Positions 16,837 to 23,504 of a stretch of DNA of 23,504 nucleotides are shown in pieces. The notes beneath the pieces were generated by a model. It saw nothing but the letters and a program-made list of their open reading frames with translations, did no database searches and was not told the origin of the DNA. This stretch comes from Candidatus Bathyarchaeia archaeon. GTDB lineage: Archaea > Thermoproteota > Bathyarchaeia > Bathyarchaeales > Bathycorpusculaceae. The stretch is from the NCBI GenBank assembly GCA_049512935.1, contig JBEKWR010000029.1:1-23504 (forward strand). Direction: 5' to 3'. The position numbers and the translations under genes were made by a program. Within the stretch, counting starts at the first letter, position 1. Each line of letters begins with the position of its first letter.

Positions 16837-18018
16837 CTATAATGCCTTGAACGCTTCGAACCAGCGGTTGTAAGCCGTCAGCATGTCAAGTGAAACGCTT
16901 GGCTTGCGTTCTTCAAGGATCTGGCGGAAGTCACTCATGGTTAAGGCTCTGGGGTTTGCTTCTTTGTCCATTGCCTTGCCTGACTCGAAGAATTCTCCGA
17001 TGAGACTGAGCTGTGCTGATTGGCACACGTCCCGTATGTCGCTTCCCGAAAACCCTTCGGAGAGCCTTGCCAACTCGTCTAATTCGACATCGCTTGCTAT
17101 CTGCAGGGTGCTTGTGTAAACCCTAAACATGTTCAGCCTTGTGCCATGGTCGGCTAACGGAACCAGGATTCTCTTCTGGAACCGCCTGATGAAAGCCCAG
17201 TCCAAATCCCAAGGCTTATTCGTGGCGCCGATGACGTAAACGTGAAGGTTCTTGCCCTTGTCAACTATGCCGTCCATTTCTTTCAGGAACTGGTTACGGA
17301 CCCGTATTTCTCCGCCGACCTCGTTTGTATGCGCCCCCATCAAAGAGTCTAACTCGTCAACGAAAACTATGGCTGGTTTGCCGTCGGTTGCGGATTTGCG
17401 GGCGGTACCGAACAGTTTAGCGACGTTCTGCTCTGCTTCTCCAAGCCACTTAGACATGATGGATGCAGCGTCAATCGAATAGAAGTTGGCGTCGATCTCT
17501 GTTGCAACTGCTGCTGCCAAAAGAGTTTTGCCGCAGCCCGGCGGACCGAAAAGCAGTATGCCACGCGGCCACCCCAGCGGGAACAGGTCAGGTCTTTGAA
17601 CTGGGTAAACAATGGCTTCTTTAACTGCCTTTTTGGCGACGTCTAAGCCTACAACTTCATCCCAGTTAACCTTGGGTTTCTCGGTCATGACGAGCTCCTC
17701 GTTGTTCGGCTTCGAGACTCCGCCGCTGGCATCCATAGTTGCGCCTCCGCCCTCGGCGTCGCTGTTGCTTGCCTCGTTCATTTCAGCGGAAGAAACAGCC
17801 CCCTGCAACGCCTTGATTCTTTCCTGATACGCAATTGCTCGCTGAACGTACACCTTGTTCAAGCCGTATTCAGGGTAAAGCTGCACAAGCTGCAGGAGGG
17901 CTTCGATTGCCTTCTGGTACAGGGTTATTGCTCTTCCTTTTTGCCCTTGTTTATCTAAGCGTACAGCATCCAACGCGTACGCTGTCGCCGCTTTCTCAAG
18001 TTCGTTTGAAGCGCTCAT
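16837..18018 (-). CDS. cdvC: Vps4-like AAA+ ATPase with N-terminal MIT domain (cell division protein CdvC)
   Basis: MIT helices (AVRLDKQG...AITLYQKAI...YQERIKAL), Walker A GPPGCGKT, pore loop SKWLGE, Walker B VFVDELD, SRH ATNKPWDLD..FIRRF. Sits directly after ESCRT-III genes. Confidence 0.93.
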   Translation of the reverse strand: MSASNELEKAATAYALDAVRLDKQGQKGRAITLYQKAIEALLQLVQLYPEYGLNKVYVQRAIAYQERIKALQGAVSSAEMNEASNSDAEGGGATMDASGGVSKPNNEELVMTEKPKVNWDEVVGLDVAKKAVKEAIVYPVQRPDLFPLGWPRGILLFGPPGCGKTLLAAAVATEIDANFYSIDAASIMSKWLGEAEQNVAKLFGTARKSATDGKPAIVFVDELDSLMGAHTNEVGGEIRVRNQFLKEMDGIVDKGKNLHVYVIGATNKPWDLDWAFIRRFQKRILVPLADHGTRLNMFRVYTSTLQIASDVELDELARLSEGFSGSDIRDVCQSAQLSLIGEFFESGKAMDKEANPRALTMSDFRQILEERKPSVSLDMLTAYNRWFEAFKAL

Positions 18019-18038
18019 TTTTGTTTTTCTCCTCTCGT

Positions 18039-18935
18039 CTATTCAGGCGATTTTAACTCGATTCTTATTTTTCCCTTCGTCCCTAAACTTTCAAGGGCAC
18101 GTTCAATTTCCTCGTTTGAAGTTTGAAGCTCACTTGAACATCGACTCAGATCGATTTCGCCGTTAGTTTTACGCACGTACTCCAGCAGGACATCTTCCAG
18201 AGAGGGGTTCTGAACCTTCATTGTGAACTCCTTGATCTCCTGCTTCTTGTAAGAGAACAAAGCCTTCGACGGGTCAAACCCTGTTTCCTCAGTGGTTTTG
18301 TGCCCGATCATCTGCGAAGAAGTAGCGGTGAGCGCAACCATCTCCCTGATGGGCGTTTTCTCCTGCACTTTGGGCGCTCCAATCGGGGGCTCAGGTAGCG
18401 TTTCAGATATTTTCTGCTGCATGAAGTTTGAAACTTCTTTAAGTATTTCTTCCCCGCCCTCCGTTTTCCTCCCGACAGGAATCACATCCTCGTCGGCTGT
18501 AAGCTTCGTCGCGTGCAGCGTATCTTGGATCGCGGAGTTGACGCTGTCAAGTTCAGAGCTGACGTCAGGAAGAACCTGGAACAACTCTTGAGAAACCCCT
18601 TGAAGCAGACGCAGGGCTGGCTTGAGGTCGGTGACGATGTCGCCGAGCTCCCTAATCGTTTCCAAGCGCATGATTACCCGTTCAATGGCTAATTGGACGT
18701 TGTAGAGAAACTTTACGAGCTTTCTAACTTCAGCCAGCTCCGTGGCGCATATCGCGGCTTTTTCACGGTTGTTCTTTTTCAGGGCGCCCATGCACGTTTC
18801 AAAAAGTACGCGGTCTCTTTCTTTTAGTCGGAAACTGGCCTGTTCAAGTTTGCCTTGCTGAATCTTAAGGGTGGTGATCGATTTGGTGGCGACTTCACGG
18901 ATAGGAGAAGGGGTCAGGTTGCTTAAAACTTTCAA
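18039..18935 (-). CDS. cdvB: ESCRT-III/Snf7 protein with MIM2-like LPEPP and C-terminal winged-helix (CdvB)
   Basis: Snf7 core (AAICATELAEVRKL...QLAIERVIMRLET), ETLPEPP and a wH-like C-terminus (LLEYVRKTNGEID...IERALESLGTKGKIRI). GGAGG SD. Confidence 0.88.
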   Translation of the reverse strand: MKVLSNLTPSPIREVATKSITTLKIQQGKLEQASFRLKERDRVLFETCMGALKKNNREKAAICATELAEVRKLVKFLYNVQLAIERVIMRLETIRELGDIVTDLKPALRLLQGVSQELFQVLPDVSSELDSVNSAIQDTLHATKLTADEDVIPVGRKTEGGEEILKEVSNFMQQKISETLPEPPIGAPKVQEKTPIREMVALTATSSQMIGHKTTEETGFDPSKALFSYKKQEIKEFTMKVQNPSLEDVLLEYVRKTNGEIDLSRCSSELQTSNEEIERALESLGTKGKIRIELKSPE

Positions 18936-18976
18936 ACCTTATCCCTCCAGCGTTACGTCTCCACTTTTGTCCGCGA

Positions 18977-19693
18977 TTAGATACCGGCTTTTGCTACTTC
19001 TTTAACGTAAACAACAACGGGGGGTTCAGGCAGCTTCGTCGCTGCAGCGTTCACCTGTTCAGCGTAAGTTTTCGTTTTCTGCAGAGCGTCTTGCGTGTCG
19101 CCTAACAGTACGCTTGAAACCCTGCTTTTCGTAAGTTCGTAGTCTGTTTTCTCCGAAGTTGCACGTCTAAGGGCTTCTTGAAGAGCCGCAAACGCAGACT
19201 TGTAGTTTTCTTCATCTACCTTGCCTATTTCGTGTTCAATTTCCAGGTTAGCGATAGCGTAGCTTAAGGACGTTATTTCATCTTTGCACCTTTCAATTTC
19301 CACCGCGGATTCTTCAACGATCACCTGCGCGTCTTTCTTAAGCGAGGCTAAAACGCTGGTGAAGCTGGAGTGCAGGTCTTGGAAGACTTCAGGCGTGATC
19401 TTTTTCTTGTCAAGAAGATCTTTTAAGGCTTGGTCCTTGCGCCAGATTAAAGGAATGTGGTCGCATAAGATGCCTGCCTGCGACTTAATTTTAGTGACAA
19501 ATGTGACTTCAGCACCATTAAAGCGTAAGCTTTCCATCGGCTGTTTCGTGAATTGGCCATCACCAAACTCAAGGTAAACAGCGTCAAATTTCCCGCTTGG
19601 AGTTAATGCGAATGAAGCAATCTTTCCGATTACTCGTCCATACTCGTTTTTGATTGGTTTTCCAATATAAAGAAAAAGATTGGAGTTAGACAT
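18977..19693 (-). CDS. cdvA: Cell division protein CdvA (PRC-barrel plus coiled coil)
   Basis: N-terminal IGKPIKNEYGRVIG PRC-barrel pattern, helical body with LEIEHEIGKVDEENY, short C-terminal beta peptide. Immediately upstream of cdvB. Confidence 0.88.
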   Translation of the reverse strand: MSNSNLFLYIGKPIKNEYGRVIGKIASFALTPSGKFDAVYLEFGDGQFTKQPMESLRFNGAEVTFVTKIKSQAGILCDHIPLIWRKDQALKDLLDKKKITPEVFQDLHSSFTSVLASLKKDAQVIVEESAVEIERCKDEITSLSYAIANLEIEHEIGKVDEENYKSAFAALQEALRRATSEKTDYELTKSRVSSVLLGDTQDALQKTKTYAEQVNAAATKLPEPPVVVYVKEVAKAGI

Positions 19694-19712
19694 TGTGTTT
19701 TATCCTCCTATT

Positions 19713-20372
19713 TTAGAAACCCTGTGTTGATTTCTCTGTTTGTGGGGCTGCTGGCATTCCTGGTGGCAGATCTGGGAACTTGTCTTTGATCTTCTGCTCT
19801 GCGACTGTTGCTGCTTCCGTGAGAATCTTTGCTGCGTCCTCGTTTACGGTGTCGAAGTTAAGTGTCATTCCGCTGCCTTGTCCCGCTTCAATCATTATTC
19901 CGCTGAGCATGTTGCCGATTTCGCCCAGTTCATTCTCTGCTTCTGGGAACACGCTCACTAAGCCGGCTCTGACTGAACGTAGAACTCCTACGGCTGGACC
20001 TAAGGTTGATACTACGTCGCCAAGTTCTGATACTGTTCGTAACCGTAAAGTGATTTGTTCAAGCGCGAGTTTAGCGTTCATGATCAACTTTGACATCTTG
20101 CGAACTTCAGCTAGCTCATTGGCGAAAACGTTTGCGCGTGCACTGTCATGCTTTGCATATGCGTCAACGATTCTGGCGAAGATTGCCTTGTCTCTTTGGC
20201 TGAACCTGTCGGTTGCTTGATCAAGCTTCTGCACTTGAAGCTCGATGCGTCTGACGGCGAAGTCAAGTCGTGGCTTCAACGGCCCCGGCGGCTTTACTGC
20301 GTCTTTAATGCGGTTTTGGAATGGTGTGTCATCCCGCTTGCTTTCCCACTTTTTTGAGAAGTTTTCTGACAA
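19713..20372 (-). CDS. Second ESCRT-III/Snf7 paralog (CdvB1/B2-like, no winged helix)
   Basis: ANVFANELAEVRKM...LALEQITLRL.TV.ELGD and C-terminal KFPDLPP MIM2-like motif. TTG 20372 follows GAGGT SD (alternative 20390). Confidence 0.9.
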   Translation of the reverse strand: MSENFSKKWESKRDDTPFQNRIKDAVKPPGPLKPRLDFAVRRIELQVQKLDQATDRFSQRDKAIFARIVDAYAKHDSARANVFANELAEVRKMSKLIMNAKLALEQITLRLRTVSELGDVVSTLGPAVGVLRSVRAGLVSVFPEAENELGEIGNMLSGIMIEAGQGSGMTLNFDTVNEDAAKILTEAATVAEQKIKDKFPDLPPGMPAAPQTEKSTQGF

Positions 20373-20438
20373 TTTGATTACCTCTGACAAGAGAGGATGC
20401 GTAGTAGAATCTTATACGTTGTTAATATGTTAAGAATA

Positions 20439-20456
20439 TGCACGTATATACGTACA
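20439..20456. promoter_or_regulatory. Palindrome TG(C)ACGTATATACGT(A)CA upstream of the cdv cluster
   Basis: Perfect 12-bp palindrome at 20442-20453 containing a TATA-like core, in the divergent intergenic region. Confidence 0.4.
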
Positions 20457-20597
20457 GATATACACGCTAAAAAAAAGTCCATTCGGCTTGCTCTGTAAAG
20501 GTTAAAGATGATGCGAGCGCTAATCTGTTTAGACACAAATGTGTAAGTTAGACTAAAAAGCGCCGTGATGCAATCTAAAATCAAAAAGGTGAATTAA

Positions 20598-20825
20598 ATG
20601 AACAGCAGATTAAAAATATTCGGTTTAATAGCTCTTTTAGGCTTCGTAGCAGGCATCATAGCTCAAGTCACCGCAACGCTCTTCATCCCGTGGATCATCG
20701 CAGCTTTACCCGCATTGGCTGGAGCAACAACCTACCTGATTTCAGGCTTTGCAGGTGCGTGCCTAACAGTTGCGATAGTGGGCGCCTGGGCATACATGAC
20801 TGGCAAAAAAGAACCGAGACTATAA
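20598..20825 (+). CDS. Small two-TM membrane protein
   Basis: 75 aa with two hydrophobic Gly/Ala-rich segments, basic termini and a GGTGA SD. Confidence 0.8.
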   Translation: MNSRLKIFGLIALLGFVAGIIAQVTATLFIPWIIAALPALAGATTYLISGFAGACLTVAIVGAWAYMTGKKEPRL

Positions 20826-20991
20826 AAGAGCTTAACTCTCCTTTCTTTTACCAAACCAAGTTTTCAAATTTTTCAAAAAATAGAGTTCATTCCTCGCCGC
20901 TTTTTTTGTTTTTGCCACAAATTAAAACGTTCTCGCCCAAGAAAAAAATTGTGCTGCCTATAAAAAGTCTTAAATTTGAATGGTTACGGTC

Positions 20992-21711
20992 CTACATCTG
21001 CTCCAGCAGCTGCGGCAGTTCAGTTAAACTTTTTATCGTAAAGTCAGGAACGACACTTTCAACCGGTTTCTCCTCACGCCTCTTGAAGTAAACCGCCCTC
21101 ATGCCAGCCGCCTTGGCACCTTCAACGTCAGCATCCAACGTGTCACCTACGAAAACCGTTTCAGCCGCGGACACGCCCAGAGCATTGAGCGTTCTGTTGA
21201 AGATTTCTGGGCTGGGTTTACGCCTGTTGACCGCTCCAGAAACCACGACCGCGCCGAAAAACCCGTCTAACCCGTACGTTTTGAGCAGTTTGTAGACGCA
21301 TTCTGGAATGGCGAAGTTGGAAACGATGCCGAGCTTGTACCTGCCGCTTATGCCCTGTAGGAGGGGAGGGGTGTCGTTGTCGAGGCAAACGTACTTCACG
21401 AACTCGTCGCACCAGGCGGCGCTGGCAGCCAAGACCAGCGGGCTTGAAACATCGTAGTCGTAGCCCAGCATCTTCAATGTTAGGGCGATTCGAACGTTGA
21501 AGTGCGGCTCTTCAAGGTTCGGGTCAGCCTTCGCGTACAGTTCCTCGCGGGCTTTGTCGTACGCCTCCTGGAACCTGTCCAAAGGCACGGGCACGCCGTT
21601 TTCGCTGAGATACCTGTACATGTGCATCGTGGATGGACTGTAAAAATCATGGTTCTTTTTGATTATCACGAGGGTATCGAACATGTCAAACAAAACGGCT
21701 TTAACTGTCAT
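20992..21711 (-). CDS. HAD-superfamily hydrolase (subfamily IA)
   Basis: Motif I FDMFDTL, motif II VSN, motif III KP, motif IV FVGDTLDADVEGA. Confidence 0.92.
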   Translation of the reverse strand: MTVKAVLFDMFDTLVIIKKNHDFYSPSTMHMYRYLSENGVPVPLDRFQEAYDKAREELYAKADPNLEEPHFNVRIALTLKMLGYDYDVSSPLVLAASAAWCDEFVKYVCLDNDTPPLLQGISGRYKLGIVSNFAIPECVYKLLKTYGLDGFFGAVVVSGAVNRRKPSPEIFNRTLNALGVSAAETVFVGDTLDADVEGAKAAGMRAVYFKRREEKPVESVVPDFTIKSLTELPQLLEQM

Positions 21712-21820
21712 CGAAATTTTCCTAAAACATAGGTTTGGGCAGGGTTAAAATCCTTATCGCAAAAGAAACCCGCTTCCCAACTTAACACAGCATGATAACG
21801 GCGTTTTTTCAAAAAGGTGG

Positions 21821-21846
21821 CTATTTGTCCCAATATTCTCTTGTCC
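21821..21846 (-). repeat. Displaced duplicate of the helicase gene 3' end (att-like direct repeat, copy A)
   Basis: CTATTTGTCCCAATATTCTCTTGTCC vs 22609-22634 TTACTTGTCCCAGTATTCTCTTGTCC: 23/26. Both read TREYWDK* on the - strand. Confidence 0.85.
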
Positions 21847-21894
21847 CCATGACGGGGCAAAGGCCCGCCCGAGAGGAAAAGTATAACTCAATAG

Positions 21895-22194
21895 TTGGAA
21901 AGTATAAATCATAGTGGAACCAATTGGTATGTCGGTGATAGCACGCTCAAGAGAAACGTTGGACCAAAAGGACAAGTTGTAATCCCAAAACAAATGAGAG
22001 ATGCCCTTGGGTTAAAGCCGGGGGTCGAAATTACCCTCGAAATGCGCGACCAAGAAATAGTCATAAAAAAACCTCAAATTAACGGAAGTTACGCGGAATA
22101 TTTCACTCAAACGTCAGCCCCAAAATTGAAGAAATGGATAAACATTAAAGAGTTAATAGAAAATGAAGTGGAAGAACGAACCCGCATACATTGA
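21895..22194 (+). CDS. AbrB/MazE/SpoVT-family antitoxin
   Basis: VGPKGQVVIPKQMRDALGLKPG is the AbrB signature. True start uncertain (TTG 21895 or non-canonical ACG 21943). Confidence 0.88.
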   Translation: MESINHSGTNWYVGDSTLKRNVGPKGQVVIPKQMRDALGLKPGVEITLEMRDQEIVIKKPQINGSYAEYFTQTSAPKLKKWINIKELIENEVEERTRIH

Positions 22195-22591
22195 CTCAAA
22201 TGTTTTCATTTACCCAATATTATACGCTGAAGAAGTAGACATTCGAGTAAAAAACGCTGCAGAAATCTTGAAGGGCATAGCGAAAGGCGAGTTTCCGGCG
22301 TTTACGTCGACGCTAACGTGGGATGAAGTGGTCTGGGCAGTAAGAAAGACGCTGGGCAAGAATGAAAGCATTAACGAGGGCCAAAAACTGCTTGGTTTCG
22401 TAAATCTACAATTCATAAGTTTTGACGAAAACATCCTCAGTGAAGCGCAAAGGGTAATGAGCTCATATGGTTTGAAACCGCGCGATTCCATCCATGTCGC
22501 TTCAGCGATTAATAGAAAACTAAACACGATAATTAGCGATGATCAAGATTTTGATGTTGTAAGAGAAATTAATCGCTTCCCTCTCTGTTAA
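22163..22591 (+). CDS. vapC: PIN-domain toxin (VapC-like RNase)
   Basis: YIDSNVF, TWDEV, RDSIHVASA and ISDDQDFD conserved acidic PIN residues. Overlaps the antitoxin. Confidence 0.92.
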   Translation: MKWKNEPAYIDSNVFIYPILYAEEVDIRVKNAAEILKGIAKGEFPAFTSTLTWDEVVWAVRKTLGKNESINEGQKLLGFVNLQFISFDENILSEAQRVMSSYGLKPRDSIHVASAINRKLNTIISDDQDFDVVREINRFPLC

Positions 22592-22608
22592 CTTCAAGAC
22601 CTTCAGTT

Positions 22609-22634
22609 TTACTTGTCCCAGTATTCTCTTGTCC
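22609..22634 (-). repeat. att-like direct repeat, copy B (current 3' end of the helicase gene)
   Basis: Matches 21821-21846 at 23/26; the three differences are synonymous (TAA/TAG, AAG/AAA, TAC/TAT). Confidence 0.85.
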
Positions 22635-23502
22635 GCAGGTACTGAACCTTAGCCTTCAGCAGGTCCATGTAGAACCCGTCTTGGTCCGCGTGCATCTTGC
22701 CCAAAATCCGCGACGCCGTCTCAGGACCGACGCCTTTCACCTGCAGCGCCCGCACCGCGTCTTTTCCGTAGCTCAAAATCAAATCAGCTTTGCGACGGGC
22801 TTGGCTGAGTTCTTTGAGTTCTTCAGGCGTCAATTCTTTGCCTTCCCTTCGCCGCGTTAGGTCGCCTTGCAGTTTGTTGACGTCTTGGCTGCGGTAAAGC
22901 GGTGCCAACAAGCCTGACCCGCATTTGGGGCACTTTGGCTCTGGCGGCAGCTCCTTGATTTTTTCTTGTCCTGTCCATTGCCCGCATTTCATGCACATGA
23001 GCGCGATGGTTCTGGCATCGATTGCCATTTTGAGTTTGTCAATGTTGTTCACTATGACCCGTTCGGGCGCCATCAGCTCGGTAACGTCAGCGTATTTAGA
23101 TAGGATGTGGTAAGCTAGAGGCGTCGGCTTTTCATAGCTAACGTAGGTGGACACTTTGATTTTGCCAGAGGCGATGTCGCGCATGATTTGCTTGGCTCGC
23201 TCCAAGTCAACTTTCTCCATCATGGCTTCACGGATGGTTTCGCGGTAAACAGGCGTGTTGTCAAACTGCGCTTTAAGCTCGGCTTGCCGCTGGTAACTCA
23301 TGGTTTTTCCACGGGGCAAGACGCCGAAGCGTTCAGCCACAGCCTTCATCTTGTAGCCGAACGGGAACTTCGCCTCCAAATATCGCCCGAACGCGTGGTC
23401 AACTGCCTCGTCGCTGAGCCCGAACAGGGTTTTGGGAAGGTCGGTGATGTCGTCTTTGCCCAGTTTCCTTGCAAGCTCGATTAGGATTCTGTAGCCGTCG
23501 GT
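22609..23502 (-). CDS. C-terminal part of an archaeal Lhr-like DEAD/DEAH-box helicase (5' truncated by window end)
   Basis: Frame is open from the window end (TDGYRILIEL...). VAERFG, CMKC...CPKCGS Zn ribbon, HhH-like GVGPETASRIL and YLRTREYWD terminus are typical of this family's C-terminus. Helicase motifs lie outside the window. Confidence 0.78.
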   Translation of the reverse strand, partial: TDGYRILIELARKLGKDDITDLPKTLFGLSDEAVDHAFGRYLEAKFPFGYKMKAVAERFGVLPRGKTMSYQRQAELKAQFDNTPVYRETIREAMMEKVDLERAKQIMRDIASGKIKVSTYVSYEKPTPLAYHILSKYADVTELMAPERVIVNNIDKLKMAIDARTIALMCMKCGQWTGQEKIKELPPEPKCPKCGSGLLAPLYRSQDVNKLQGDLTRRREGKELTPEELKELSQARRKADLILSYGKDAVRALQVKGVGPETASRILGKMHADQDGFYMDLLKAKVQYLRTREYWDK

Positions 23503-23504
23503 CC

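Larger units (their letters stand above)
21821..22634. mobile_element. Putative minimal integrated toxin-antitoxin cassette (788-bp unit between direct repeats), no integrase
   Basis: Gene-end direct repeats flank exactly the AbrB-VapC pair and its promoter. Cargo is visibly more AT-rich than the flanking HAD and helicase genes. Confidence 0.65.

Noticed and set aside
16883-20433. Plus-strand ORFs opposite the cdv genes
   Set aside because: Antisense shadows with no independent coding evidence.
21821-21850. Mini-ORF MGTREYWDK on the minus strand
   Set aside because: Better explained as the displaced helicase gene end with a chance ATG; no evidence for translation.

Overview
Archaeal chromosomal window. 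Gene content (Cdv/ESCRT-III division genes, DUF447 plus DHPS-like, LipS2, Lhr-type helicase, frequent TTG starts) suggests a TACK archaeon, most plausibly Bathyarchaeia; this assignment is inference. It holds housekeeping genes (pyrI, pyrK, pyrD, MazG-like, YkgJ-like, CDP-alcohol phosphatidyltransferase, HAD), a complete four-gene cell-division cluster (ESCRT-III paralog, cdvA, cdvB, cdvC/Vps4) flanked by uncharacterised coiled-coil and membrane proteins, a DRE-TIM (LeuA/homocitrate synthase-like) protein with degenerate catalytic motifs, a surface protein with a duplicated domain, an ABC-2 exporter and two toxin-antitoxin pairs. The most striking non-genic signals are: (i) a 788-bp integrase-free AbrB-VapC cassette bracketed by a 26-bp direct repeat that re-encodes the helicase C-terminus (TREYWDK*) with only synonymous differences, i.e. 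an att-like gene-end duplication; (ii) a perfect 122-bp inverted repeat (1-122 / 1849-1970) around mazG-ykgJ-pyrI with a third partial copy at 4412-4446; (iii) a 10-bp-phased AAAG tandem array at 4471-4550. No tRNA, rRNA, CRISPR array, integrase or transposase was recognised.
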